From the NCBI GenBank assembly GCA_963796455.1, contig CAWCLO010000004.1:704001-768000 (forward strand): 64,000 bases of DNA, in the 5' to 3' direction. Under the pieces are notes generated by a model. It made no database searches. It worked only from the letters and a program-made list of their open reading frames with translations, and had not been told where the DNA came from. Shown piece after piece: positions 20,570 through 30,659 of this stretch. A program made the translations under genes and the position numbers. Source of the stretch: Candidatus Sulfomarinibacteraceae bacterium. GTDB taxonomy: Bacteria > Acidobacteriota > Thermoanaerobaculia > Thermoanaerobaculales > Sulfomarinibacteraceae. The number at the start of each line of letters is the position of its first letter. The first letter of the stretch is position 1.

Positions 20570-20571
20570 GA

Positions 20572-21900
20572 TCAGCCCTCGTCGTCGAAGAACCTCGTGT
20601 AGATCTTCTGCATGTCGCCGGAGCGAATCTGTTTCTTCAGGTCATCAGTCTGCTCGCGCACCCACTGGTGCATCGGATCGCTCGAGAGAAGGGTGTCGAT
20701 GAAGGCGTCCACCTCGGGGTCGCCGAGCTTACGGGCCTCGGGAAGGAGCCCGAAATAGAAATGCTGGGCGATGTCGTAGAAGCCGTGCCACCAGGTGTAA
20801 TCGGGGCCCATCATGGCGGCGCCGTGGCGCGCACGGCGGCCTTCGTGATGCCAGAGCTCCCAATAGATCCACTCGATCTTGTTCGAGAAGCTGGCGGGGT
20901 TATCCAACAGCTCGCGCTCCCGCACGAGTTTCATCAGATTGGTGGCAGGGATCGCGAACTTTTCGTTATACAGGCGAACCGAAGCATCGAACTGATAAAA
21001 GTGGCCATCGGTGAACGTCTTGGTGTGGCAGGCGGTGCAGACGTCTTCCATATTGGCCCGTTTGGTCTTCCAGTTGTCCTTGTGCTTGGAAACCGGGGGG
21101 CGCAGGGTCCAGGCGATGCGCTGGCCCACATCGTGGGTGATCTTCTGCTTCCGAGTCGCAGACATGTGGCAACTGGCGCAGGTCGGGGCCGCGGCATAGT
21201 CGATTCCGACGACCCACGAATCGGAGTGGAGGTTCATCATTTCTTCGTTGGTGAAGTAAGTGTTGCCGTGTTTCGACTCCTCGTAGACCTCTTTCTGCGG
21301 ATGATCCGGTCCGAGGTGGCATTTCGAACAGGCTTCGGGCTGCCGGGCCTGTGCCTTGGAGAAAGTGTGCCGTGTATGGCACGCGTTGCACGCACCCAGA
21401 GAACCGTCGGGGTTGATGCGACCGATTCCCGAGTTGGGCCAACTCCGCCGGTCCAACTTGTTGGGGCTCGACGGGTCGATCTTGACCTTGCCGCCGTGGC
21501 AGCTCTCGCAGCCGATGATCGCGACCGGGTCTCCGGCCGCCACGTGGGCGAGGTAGGCGTCCGCGGAATCAAGAATCTGCCCTGCCGATGCGTGATAGGA
21601 ATTCCCGACCTCTTCGGCGGCGCGGGCATGGCAGCGTCCACAGTCCTTGGGGGTTACGAGGGTGGCGACCAGCGCGTCGTAGTGCTGAAATGCGTCCTTG
21701 TCGTCCCGCTCGGCCTGGTGACAGCTGAGACAGGTCACGTTGTGAGCCGCATGCTCGGAGTCGAACCATTGTTTGTAGATACCTGGAGACTTCTCCTTGT
21801 GGCAGGTCATGCAGGCCCCCGCTACTTTCGGATCGTCGGCCGCTCCCACCGTCAGACTCATAACAATCGTCAGCAACGCTGCAGTTGTCACGTATCGCAT
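20572..21900 (-). CDS. Octaheme cytochrome c, hydroxylamine-oxidoreductase (HAO) family
   Basis: Signal peptide; eight CxxCH; 'CHTRHTFS', 'CHLGPDHPQKEVYEESKHG', 'HEGRRARHGAAMMGPDYTWWHG'; GGAGG RBS. Confidence 0.88.
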   Translation of the reverse strand: MRYVTTAALLTIVMSLTVGAADDPKVAGACMTCHKEKSPGIYKQWFDSEHAAHNVTCLSCHQAERDDKDAFQHYDALVATLVTPKDCGRCHARAAEEVGNSYHASAGQILDSADAYLAHVAAGDPVAIIGCESCHGGKVKIDPSSPNKLDRRSWPNSGIGRINPDGSLGACNACHTRHTFSKAQARQPEACSKCHLGPDHPQKEVYEESKHGNTYFTNEEMMNLHSDSWVVGIDYAAAPTCASCHMSATRKQKITHDVGQRIAWTLRPPVSKHKDNWKTKRANMEDVCTACHTKTFTDGHFYQFDASVRLYNEKFAIPATNLMKLVRERELLDNPASFSNKIEWIYWELWHHEGRRARHGAAMMGPDYTWWHGFYDIAQHFYFGLLPEARKLGDPEVDAFIDTLLSSDPMHQWVREQTDDLKKQIRSGDMQKIYTRFFDDEG

Positions 21901-22101
21901 CTCAGGTCCTCCAGGTTTTTTGATTGGGCTCATCGTAACTCAGTTTTCGGTCCCGGCACAGGATCGTCGCACCAGTTCTATTTCGCCTTGACCTTGGTCA
22001 ACACCGTGAGCCCAACAGGACACAAGGCTGGCGGGCCGGAGTAGGATGGTTGCTGGCGAGTCGGCCGTGAAATCCGGCCGCAAAAACCGGACGGGGGTGA
22101 G

Positions 22102-23478
22102 GTGGTGAAAGACAAAAACCAAGAACAGATGAGCCGCCGGGACATGCTTCGACTGGGCGCAGTTGGAGCCGGCGGTCTGGTCCTCCATTCCCTGGCTTCT
22201 CCAGAAGCTCGGGCCATCGCCGGCAGCGCCACCATGATCGAGTGGGCCGATCGTCCGATGGACGTCGTCCGAATCGGTTTTGTGGGTGTCGGCGGCATGG
22301 GCACCGCCCATGTGGAGAACTTCCTCAAGATCGAAGGCGTCGAGGTCCGTGCGGTATGCGACATCGTCGAGGATCGGGTTGCCCGGGCACAAAAACTGGT
22401 GGTCGAGGCGGGACAGGAAAAACCTGCAGGATATTCCGGTGGACCGCTCGATTTTGAACGTCTGTGCGAACGGGAAGACCTCGATCTGGTCTTCACCGCC
22501 ACACCCTGGCGGTGGCACGTACCGGTTTGTGTGGCGGCGATGAAGGCCGGCAAACATGCGGCCACCGAAGTCCCCGCCGCGTTGACCCTCGACGACTGTT
22601 GGCAGCTGGTCGAGGTCTCAGAGGGCACTCGTCGTCACTGCATGATGATGGAAAACTGCAACTACGACCGTTTCGAAATGATGGCCCTCAATATGGTCCA
22701 GCAGGGTGTGCTCGGCGAGATCCTTCACGCCGATTGCGGCTATCTCCACGACCTTCGCGCCGTCAAGCACGATCTCGATGGTGAGGGCGCGTGGCGTCGA
22801 GCCCATTCCATGACCAGCAACGGCGATCTCTATCCGACCCATGGTCTCGGTCCGGTGGCACAGTGTCTGGATATCAACCGGGGAAACTCCTTTGAGACCC
22901 TGGTGGCGATGGGATCGAAAACGCGGGGTCTTCACCGCTACGCGAAACAGACTTTCGGTCCAGAGAGCGCTCAGGCGGCCGAACGATTTGTTCTTTCGGA
23001 TGTGGTGACGACGCTGATGCAGACATCGAGGGGTGAGACGGTGGTGATCACCCACGACACCAGCTCGCCGCGGCCCTACAGCAGAGACTTCAAGATCCAG
23101 GGAACCAACGGCCTGGTCCGGAAATACCCGAAACCCCTGGTCCATATCGAGGGACGAAGCGAGGCCCATCGGTGGCAGCCGGTGGATGAGTACATGGCCG
23201 AATACGACCATCCGGTATGGAAGCAACTCGAACTACAGAGCAAGGGAGCGGGCCACGGCGGCATGGACTTCATCGAGGATTTCCGTCTGATCGACGCTCT
23301 CCGCGTCGGACGTCCGCCGGACATGGATGTGTATGACGCTGCGATGATCAGTGCGGTGGTCGAGCTCAGCGGTCGATCCATCGCCCGCGGCAGCGAGCCG
23401 ATGGCATTCCCGGATTTCACCCGTGGTGGTTGGCAGGCGAAACGGCCCCTGCGCGTGATGGGGGTCGAAGCATCGTGA
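22102..23478 (+). CDS. Tat-exported Gfo/Idh/MocA oxidoreductase, GH109-like (alpha-N-acetylgalactosaminidase type)
   Basis: SRRDMLR twin-arginine signal, GVGGMG, ATEVP, ENCNY, LYPTHG, GHGGMD. Confidence 0.88.
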   Translation: MVKDKNQEQMSRRDMLRLGAVGAGGLVLHSLASPEARAIAGSATMIEWADRPMDVVRIGFVGVGGMGTAHVENFLKIEGVEVRAVCDIVEDRVARAQKLVVEAGQEKPAGYSGGPLDFERLCEREDLDLVFTATPWRWHVPVCVAAMKAGKHAATEVPAALTLDDCWQLVEVSEGTRRHCMMMENCNYDRFEMMALNMVQQGVLGEILHADCGYLHDLRAVKHDLDGEGAWRRAHSMTSNGDLYPTHGLGPVAQCLDINRGNSFETLVAMGSKTRGLHRYAKQTFGPESAQAAERFVLSDVVTTLMQTSRGETVVITHDTSSPRPYSRDFKIQGTNGLVRKYPKPLVHIEGRSEAHRWQPVDEYMAEYDHPVWKQLELQSKGAGHGGMDFIEDFRLIDALRVGRPPDMDVYDAAMISAVVELSGRSIARGSEPMAFPDFTRGGWQAKRPLRVMGVEAS

Positions 23479-23506
23479 TGGACGCCGGTCCGAGACCGGG
23501 GATCCG

Positions 23507-24691
23507 GTGATGCAGGTCGGCGATCCGGCGGTGCTGCATTCCGGGGCGCGAAAAAGACGCCGGTGGTTGCGTCGGTTCTTTCGTGTCCTCCTGGTAGTTG
23601 TGGTTCTGGTCGCGGTGGTTGCCGGCTTACTCTATTGGTCCTCTGACTGGGGTGCGACCCTCGGCGGCTCGATCGAGGGGGAGCGGCTCAGACGCGTGAA
23701 CGCGAGCTCGAACTTCGCCGACGGCAGGGCCCGGAATGCCGTCGAGACGGACCTGGGTTCCGGTGATGTTGGGGAGTTCATCGTCGAGTATTTCCGAGGT
23801 GCAGAGGCGCGCAAGCCGCCGGACCCGGTTCCCATGGTGGAGACGGACCCGAGTGCCCTGCAATCGATCCAACGTCGCGGTATTCGATTCATCTGGCTCG
23901 GTCACTCATCGGTCTACCTTGAGGTAGATGGCACCCGCGTCCTCATCGACCCGGTCTGGTCGGATCGCGCTTCGCCCTTCAAGATTGTCGGACCTCAACG
24001 CAGCCATCCGGTGCCGCTGGCTCTCTCGGATCTTCCGGCGATCGATGTGGTGGTGATCTCCCATGATCACTACGATCATCTCGATCCCGGTGTCGTGCGT
24101 GAGTTGGCGCCACTGGGCGTTCAGTTTGCTGTCCCACTCGGGGTTGGAGCAGATCTCGAGGCCTGGGGCGTCGACGCGGATCAGTTGATCGAGCTTGATT
24201 GGTGGGAAGAGGCGAGGGTCGGTTCGCTGACGCTCACGGCAACCCCGGCCCGGCATTTCTCAGGATGGCAGCTTACCGACAGAGACCGTACGCTGTGGTC
24301 GTCGTGGGCTCTCGTCGGGCCGCGATCACGTGTTTTCTACAGCGGTGATACCGGTTGGCATGAGGGCTTCGAACAAATCGGGAGCCGGATCGGCCCCTTC
24401 GATCTGACGATCGTGAAGGCCGGCGCTTATGGTGACGGCTGGCCTGATATCCACCTCAACGGCATCCAGGCGGTGGAGGCGCACCTGGCGCTCAGAGGAC
24501 GGGCACTGCTGCCGGTCCACTGGTTGACCTTCGATCTCGCCCTGCACCCCTGGGCGGAGCCCATGGAGCAAGTCATCGAAACCGCCGCCGAACTCGATGT
24601 CGATGTGATCACGCCGATGCTCGGCGAGTTGGTCGACATCGGCAGGCCCCGGAGCAATGTCCGGTGGTGGGAAGCCACCCAGACTCAATAG
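23507..24691 (+). CDS. Membrane-anchored MBL-fold hydrolase (RomA/NAPE-PLD-like)
   Basis: WLGHSS, SHDHYDHLD, PARHFSG, SGDTG, PVHW. Confidence 0.88.
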   Translation: MMQVGDPAVLHSGARKRRRWLRRFFRVLLVVVVLVAVVAGLLYWSSDWGATLGGSIEGERLRRVNASSNFADGRARNAVETDLGSGDVGEFIVEYFRGAEARKPPDPVPMVETDPSALQSIQRRGIRFIWLGHSSVYLEVDGTRVLIDPVWSDRASPFKIVGPQRSHPVPLALSDLPAIDVVVISHDHYDHLDPGVVRELAPLGVQFAVPLGVGADLEAWGVDADQLIELDWWEEARVGSLTLTATPARHFSGWQLTDRDRTLWSSWALVGPRSRVFYSGDTGWHEGFEQIGSRIGPFDLTIVKAGAYGDGWPDIHLNGIQAVEAHLALRGRALLPVHWLTFDLALHPWAEPMEQVIETAAELDVDVITPMLGELVDIGRPRSNVRWWEATQTQ

Positions 24692-26508
24692 CCCCTTGTG
24701 GGATCAACCACCGACAACAAAGGTTCACCGGCAACAAAGCGCCGTAGGTTTTCCCGGTAGAGAAGCCAGTGCAGTTCGCGGCCCGCATCGGACCAGGCCG
24801 CGAAGTGAGGAGTGATGATCAGATTCGGTGCCTTCCACAAAGCATGGCCGTCAGGCAGCGGTTCTGGGTCAGTAACATCGAGACCGGCACCCGCGATCGA
24901 ACCGTCTTCGAGAGCCTTGATCAGGTCAGCGGTGTTCACGGTACCACCACGACCGACGTTGATGAAAAAGGCGCTCGGTTTCATCGCTGCAAAAAGCTCG
25001 GAATTGAAACTGCCCCTGGTCTCGTCGGTCAAGGGCAGACAGTTCGCGACAACATCGGCTTCGGCGAGATAGGCCGGAAGATCCTCTCCGAGCCCGACCC
25101 GATCGACGAAGGGCGGTCCGGCGCGGCGGCTGTTGCGGATCGCGAGCACCCGCATTCCCGCGCCGTCCGCAAGGCGCGCCACTTCGGTACCGATGCCGCC
25201 CAGACCTACTACCAGCATGGTCTTGCCGCGGAGGACGGTGAGTGGAGCCGAATTCCCGATCTCGGAACGCTTCCACTGTCCCTCATTCTGGGCTGAGATG
25301 GCACCGTTGAGACCCCGCGCAAGGGCGCGTGCGAGCGCCATGACATGTTCGCCGATCGTCTTCGAGGCCAGGCGTTGTCCGTTCGTCAAGACCGCATTTC
25401 CGCCGGCGAGCTCTGGAATGCGGAGATATCGTTCGACACCGGCCGAGCCCACCTGAACCCAGCGGAGCCTGGCGCCGGAGGCCAGGAGTTCGGCCGTCGC
25501 GGTGCCGATGATCGCGTCGGCGTCAGCGACCTGCTCCATGGCCTCGGCATTGTTTTTGAAAGGCACGATCTCCACTCCCGGCGCCACCTGGGCGAGCAAG
25601 GGAAGGCGGTCGGGCCAGGTGTTGCGCCAAAGTACCTTGCGCGGTTTCGTCCAGCCCTCGTCCTCAGCGGTCGGCGACGCGCCCGGTCGGAGCCCTCGTT
25701 CCTCGATCAATTCCCACGGCGGCCTCAGACCTGCCATCTCGCCGAATACGGTGTCGAAAGCCTGCAGGGCACCTTCTGAGTCGGCTTCTCGCCAGTTCTC
25801 GAACCAGGTGGCGGAAAAGCCTGCGGCAGCATCCTGCGCTGATCTGCCGGCCAGGAGAGCGTCGCTGATATGGGTTCTGAGCCCCTGCAGCCGGTCGCGC
25901 TGTTGCGCCAGCAACTCGATGCCGCCGGGTTTGCCGGTGAAGGGAATCACCAGTTCCGGATCGAGATCCAGCAGCCGGTCCAGGACCTCGAGCCAGGCAT
26001 CGGTGTCCGAGCTTTCGGAAACGGCCATCCCGGCGTGGGTGCAGAGCCTCCCGGTGATCAGCACACGTTCCCGCGGCAGCCAAACCGCGAGATCGCCTGC
26101 GCTCGCGGCACGACCGAAATCGAAGAAGATGATCTCGCGCCCTGTCGATTTGAGGGTGAATCCAGATTCGACGACGATGGTCGACTCGCTGGCGGACGCA
26201 CCTGTTTCCGGCCTGCTGCCGGGCCACAGCAAGGTGCTTGAGTCGGCCGGCGCCGGAATCGTTTCCGCACCGGTGGCGACGACGAATCCTGGTTTGGCGT
26301 CGACGGTGGTCGCCGCCCTTTCTGTGTCGATCGCGAGCACGGTATGGCCGAAGTTGATCCACACTCGATTCGGTTCCGCACCGTCGCCGAAATCGACGAT
26401 GACTCCGGGCCGAAGTTGATGTTCGGCGCCGTGGGCGTTAAGAAATACGGCAAGGAGCACCGCAACCATGAGGAATAGGCGATGGGTCGAAAAGGGGTTG
26501 GTTTTCAT
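24685..26508 (-). CDS. D-2-hydroxyacid dehydrogenase fused to a degenerate MBL-like N-terminal domain, with signal peptide
   Basis: GLGGIG, INVGRG, GAGLDVTDPEPLP, TPHFA; N-terminal 'GDLAVWLPRERVLITG..LDPELVIP' lacks the metal-binding His residues. Confidence 0.8.
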   Translation of the reverse strand: MKTNPFSTHRLFLMVAVLLAVFLNAHGAEHQLRPGVIVDFGDGAEPNRVWINFGHTVLAIDTERAATTVDAKPGFVVATGAETIPAPADSSTLLWPGSRPETGASASESTIVVESGFTLKSTGREIIFFDFGRAASAGDLAVWLPRERVLITGRLCTHAGMAVSESSDTDAWLEVLDRLLDLDPELVIPFTGKPGGIELLAQQRDRLQGLRTHISDALLAGRSAQDAAAGFSATWFENWREADSEGALQAFDTVFGEMAGLRPPWELIEERGLRPGASPTAEDEGWTKPRKVLWRNTWPDRLPLLAQVAPGVEIVPFKNNAEAMEQVADADAIIGTATAELLASGARLRWVQVGSAGVERYLRIPELAGGNAVLTNGQRLASKTIGEHVMALARALARGLNGAISAQNEGQWKRSEIGNSAPLTVLRGKTMLVVGLGGIGTEVARLADGAGMRVLAIRNSRRAGPPFVDRVGLGEDLPAYLAEADVVANCLPLTDETRGSFNSELFAAMKPSAFFINVGRGGTVNTADLIKALEDGSIAGAGLDVTDPEPLPDGHALWKAPNLIITPHFAAWSDAGRELHWLLYRENLRRFVAGEPLLSVVDPTRGY

Positions 26509-26586
26509 GCCCGCTATAGTACCTGTCCCCGGCGATTATGAGGCTTCGCTGAAATCAATGGGAAGTTGCTTTCGTTAGGAGATGAT

Positions 26587-26952
26587 GTGAAGCGAGAGGC
26601 TGAATCCGCGAGATTGCGCCGCGAACGCAGGACGGTGCGCGTGATGGTGGAGATGTATTGCGCACACAACCATGGCGGCACGCCGTTGTGTCCCGAATGC
26701 TCCTCCCTCGCCGACTATGCCGACCGGAAGCTCGATCTTTGCCCCTATCATGGTGAGAAGCCGGCCTGTACCAATTGCCCAATTCACTGTTATCGTTCGG
26801 AACCGCGTGAAATGATGCGCCAGGTCATGCGTTTTGCCGGTCCGAGGATGATTGCCAGACACCCTTATCTCGCCATCCGGCACCTCCTGGATGAACGGCG
26901 CGAGTCGCCTCCCTTGCCGGCAAAAATGGTCGATCCGACGAAGGAAGGGTGA
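26587..26952 (+). CDS. YgbA-like (nitrous-oxide-stimulated promoter family) Cys-rich protein
   Basis: MYCAHNH..LCPEC..CP..KPACTNCPIHCY..VMRFAGPRM..HP pattern. Confidence 0.88.
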   Translation: MKREAESARLRRERRTVRVMVEMYCAHNHGGTPLCPECSSLADYADRKLDLCPYHGEKPACTNCPIHCYRSEPREMMRQVMRFAGPRMIARHPYLAIRHLLDERRESPPLPAKMVDPTKEG

Positions 26953-26986
26953 TGACGATGGCTGAGGTAGAATTCCCTCGGAGTTT

Positions 26987-27382
26987 TTGATGAATAAAAG
27001 TAGTGTGTCTAGATTTGTGGCGGTAGCTCTGCTCGTGTTTTCGCTCGCGTGCTCGACCCGGCAACCCACGGATGAAAACACCCTTCGGGCCAGTTTTTTT
27101 CAGAACGCGGACCGCGTGTGGTCGGCGATTCAGATGTCACTGATCGATCTCGATTACGAGATGGGGGACTCCAATCGGATGGATGGCACGATGAGCGCAT
27201 CTTCATCCGTCGGCGAGACCACGATCGAGCTCGATATCAGGCAGATCCAGTACACCGAGGACCAGGTGAACGTCTTTGTCAGACCGGTTGACGGTGGCGG
27301 CACGACCGCTGCCGAGGCCGGCGCTCTCAGGGCTGCCGGGGACGCCTTCATGAAGCTTCTCAGCAGCAAGCTCGGCGGTTGA
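26987..27382 (+). CDS. Hypothetical lipoprotein
   Basis: Lipobox SLAC after a hydrophobic stretch. Confidence 0.7.
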   Translation: MMNKSSVSRFVAVALLVFSLACSTRQPTDENTLRASFFQNADRVWSAIQMSLIDLDYEMGDSNRMDGTMSASSSVGETTIELDIRQIQYTEDQVNVFVRPVDGGGTTAAEAGALRAAGDAFMKLLSSKLGG

Positions 27383-27462
27383 TTTTGCCAGTGCGTTCGT
27401 GAATCCGGGTCCGGATCTGACGCTGCTGAACCGGAGGGGCCGTCCTACGGTGCAATTGTCTG

Positions 27463-28728
27463 ATGATTGACCAGGCCGGAGGCGGCCGCCTGAGGAATGT
27501 GGCCCGGGTTGTCGGACCAGGTCTGGCGATTGCCGCCACCGGTGTCGGGGCCGGCGATCTGCTGGCCGCTATGGTGGCCGGGGCGGATTTCGGCACCGCC
27601 CTGATGTGGGTCATCGTGGTCGGGGCGGCGCTCAAGCTCGGCCTCAACGAGGGTGTTGCGAGATGGCAGCTCGCCACCGGCACCACCCTGCTCGAGGGCT
27701 GGTGCCGCTACCTCGGGTGGCCCATGAGGGCCTATTTCCTCATCTATCTGGTCGTGTGGAGCTTTATCGTCGCCGGTGGATTGATGAGTGCCTGTGGGGT
27801 CGCGGCACACGCTTTGTGGCCGGTCATGAGCATCAGGAGCTGGGCGATCGTCCATTCCCTCGCCGCGCTGGGATTGGTCGCTTTCGGGCGTTACAGTTTG
27901 TTCGAAAATACGATGAAGGTGCTGATCGGTCTCATGACATTGACCCTGCTCGGAAGCGTCGCGATGGTGGGGGTCGATCTTCCCGGTCTGATGCGCGGTC
28001 TGTTTCCATCCCTTCCCTCGGGCTCCGCCCCGGCAGTGCTCAGCTTGATGGGTGGAGTGGGCGGCAGCGTGACGCTTCTCGCCTATGGCTACTGGATTCG
28101 TGAGAAGGGGTGGCGGGGTAGGGGAGCGATCCATAACGTCCGGATCGATCTGACGGTGGGATATGCCCTGACGGGGCTCTTTGGTGTTGCGATGCTGTTG
28201 TTGTCGGCCGCCGTGCTTGGCGGCGGGCAGGGTATGCCGCCCGGCAGCCAGGCCCTCGTGGCCTGCGCGGACGCCGTGCGCGAAGCGACCGACCTCCGTT
28301 TTGGCGGCGCTGTCGGTGGCGCTGTGGCCGGCATCTTTTTGACCGGCGTCTGGGGGGCGGTCTTCACCAGTACCCTCGGAGTCTGGAACGGCGTCCCCTA
28401 CCTTTTTGCAGATTTCTTGAACGCGTTGCGAGGACGTTTCGACGCGGATGTCGAGACCCGCGGAGCGGCTTACCGAACATACCTCGTGTATCTGGCCGTC
28501 CCGCCGATGCTCCTGCTCTTTCTCGACCGACCGATCTGGGTGATCAAGCTCTACACCTTGACCGGCGGCCTCTTCATGCCGGTCCTCGCCGCAACCCTGT
28601 TGTGGCTGAACTCGCGACGCGACCTCGTCGGGGATCTCAAAAACGGCCGGCTCGCCGTGGCCGTCCTGATGCTCTCGCTCGGTTTATTCGCCGTCATCGC
28701 GTGGCGGCAGTTGGCCGATCTCTTCTGA
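27463..28728 (+). CDS. Nramp-family-like transporter
   Basis: GPGLAIAATGVGAGDL, EGVARWQLATG, about 11 TM segments. Confidence 0.85.
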   Translation: MIDQAGGGRLRNVARVVGPGLAIAATGVGAGDLLAAMVAGADFGTALMWVIVVGAALKLGLNEGVARWQLATGTTLLEGWCRYLGWPMRAYFLIYLVVWSFIVAGGLMSACGVAAHALWPVMSIRSWAIVHSLAALGLVAFGRYSLFENTMKVLIGLMTLTLLGSVAMVGVDLPGLMRGLFPSLPSGSAPAVLSLMGGVGGSVTLLAYGYWIREKGWRGRGAIHNVRIDLTVGYALTGLFGVAMLLLSAAVLGGGQGMPPGSQALVACADAVREATDLRFGGAVGGAVAGIFLTGVWGAVFTSTLGVWNGVPYLFADFLNALRGRFDADVETRGAAYRTYLVYLAVPPMLLLFLDRPIWVIKLYTLTGGLFMPVLAATLLWLNSRRDLVGDLKNGRLAVAVLMLSLGLFAVIAWRQLADLF

Positions 28729-30501
28729 TCCGAAGGTCGGCGAAATGACCCTCTGCTCCAGGGTCTTTTCGAGTTCCTCGAAAGTGACTCCAAGCCTGCG
28801 TGCGGTACCTACGGCAAGAGAGGTCGTCGCGACGCCCGGGATGAATCGGAAGGTGGCGCCCTGGTCCTCGCGGACCTCGGCCTGGAGAAAGGAGAGACCC
28901 TCGATCGAGGGAGCACTCTGTTGACCCTCGGCAAAATCGAGGAAGTGGGTGGTGACAAAGGCGATGGGGTCGAGTTGGCGCAAAAGACGGAGAACCATTT
29001 CGACGATTTCGATCGCCTCGGAGGGGTTGGTCCCCGAGCACAGCTCGTCGAGAAGCACCACCGATTGCGGAGGAACGCTCTGGAAGAGGGTCCGTAACCG
29101 CATCATTTCGGTGCCGAGGCGGCCCTCGGCCTGATCCGCCCGGTCGAATTCGACGATCGACGCAAAAAGGCTCGATGCGAGGGGGAGGCGGGCTTGCCGG
29201 CACGGGGCGTAGAGGCCGGACTGGGCGAGAACCTGGGTGATTCCGATCGCCTGCAGAAGGCGGGTCTTGCCGCCGGAATTGGGCCCGGTGATCAGATTGA
29301 TGGGCGACGTGCCGGACATCGAGAGATCCGACGGCACCGGCTCATCGACGATTCCCAACAGCAGGGGATTGAAAAGGCCCTCGACCTCGAAAACTTCGTG
29401 TGGTCCGAGCAAGGGGAGGCACACATGCAGACCCCTGGCTCGGGCTTGCGCGGCAAAGGACCGGCTTGAAGCATAGACCTCGAGGTGTCCTGTCAGCTGG
29501 ACCACCCTGGCCATTGCCGGTGCGATCTCGCGAAAGACACCCATCACCAATCGCTCTGCGATCTCGTTGCCGCGCAGGCTGTATCGGTGATAAACGGCGC
29601 GAAAACGATCCAACCATCGGCGCAGGGGCCGACGGAAAAATGGGTTTCGCCTTCGCTCGCGAAGGCCTCGGATCTCGAGGTGCCGCAGCCGTCCGTCATC
29701 ACCAACTGTCGCCTCGATTTCGAGGGTCGCCATCGAATCGTGGTGATCGAGCAGGGCTTCGAGTCGTTCGAAGGCGGGTGTCGCCCGGATCAGATTTCCT
29801 ACCTCGGTGAGACGTTGCAGACCAGATGTGCTGTGCTCGAATGCATCCGCCATGTGGACGACAACCGATCGAAAGGTTCGGAGCACGTCGAATCGAAAAC
29901 GCAAAGGTTCCAACCGGGCGTCGTCACGGGAAGCGCGCAGCAGGGTCAGAAGGTGATTGATTGACAGCAGCAATTCGTCGGTCGCCGGCCCGAGCTCTGG
30001 TTTTTCTGCGAGCTCCCGGAGAATCGTCTGGCGGTATCGTATGGTCTCGAGATCGGTCGGCGGTGTCTCCAACACCCGCTCGATAAACCTCCGGTGCTTT
30101 GTAACGCGTCTCCCGTTGTGATCGGGGCTCAGGCAATCGCGCACGAGATCGGGGAGGAAGAGGTCGTTGGCGAAATGGGCCGGTTCCCACTCGGTTCGAC
30201 CGCATCCCTGGGCGTCGAGTTCGCGGTCGATTTCGCCGGCGCTGGCGCGGCCGAGGAACGCGAGATCGAGGTACCCGATGAGCTTTTCAGGATCCGAGCC
30301 GGTGCCCCCGGCGGGTGAGAGGAGATCCGGCAGCGGGATCTTCCACAGCTCCTCCTCGGTTTTCCGACGGCGGCCGAAACCGAAGATGTTCGCGAGCCGG
30401 CCCAACGGTGTCTTGTCCCGGCTCCGGTCGGCCGCATCCTCGACGACACTTCCAGGCCCGTGCTCGGCGCGCCGGCGCAGGGTGGATTTGCGAACTGCCA
30501 T
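28684..30501 (-). CDS. MutS-related ATPase (domain V present, mismatch-recognition domain not evident)
   Basis: GPNSGGKT, LLDELCSGTN, TTHF motifs. Confidence 0.85.
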   Translation of the reverse strand: MAVRKSTLRRRAEHGPGSVVEDAADRSRDKTPLGRLANIFGFGRRRKTEEELWKIPLPDLLSPAGGTGSDPEKLIGYLDLAFLGRASAGEIDRELDAQGCGRTEWEPAHFANDLFLPDLVRDCLSPDHNGRRVTKHRRFIERVLETPPTDLETIRYRQTILRELAEKPELGPATDELLLSINHLLTLLRASRDDARLEPLRFRFDVLRTFRSVVVHMADAFEHSTSGLQRLTEVGNLIRATPAFERLEALLDHHDSMATLEIEATVGDDGRLRHLEIRGLRERRRNPFFRRPLRRWLDRFRAVYHRYSLRGNEIAERLVMGVFREIAPAMARVVQLTGHLEVYASSRSFAAQARARGLHVCLPLLGPHEVFEVEGLFNPLLLGIVDEPVPSDLSMSGTSPINLITGPNSGGKTRLLQAIGITQVLAQSGLYAPCRQARLPLASSLFASIVEFDRADQAEGRLGTEMMRLRTLFQSVPPQSVVLLDELCSGTNPSEAIEIVEMVLRLLRQLDPIAFVTTHFLDFAEGQQSAPSIEGLSFLQAEVREDQGATFRFIPGVATTSLAVGTARRLGVTFEELEKTLEQRVISPTFGSEEIGQLPPRDDGE

Positions 30502-30659
30502 AGGCTGAGTTTACTCCTTCATCTGGAGATGGTTTCGAGATTCTGTGGTCGTGTCGAAAAACGGAAAGCTTTCCCGATTCGAGAAAACCCAAGCAGTACC
30601 GATTCGTAAGACCGGAAGGGCCGCCCGCGGGCGACCTCGACCGAATGGAGGATCTCGTG

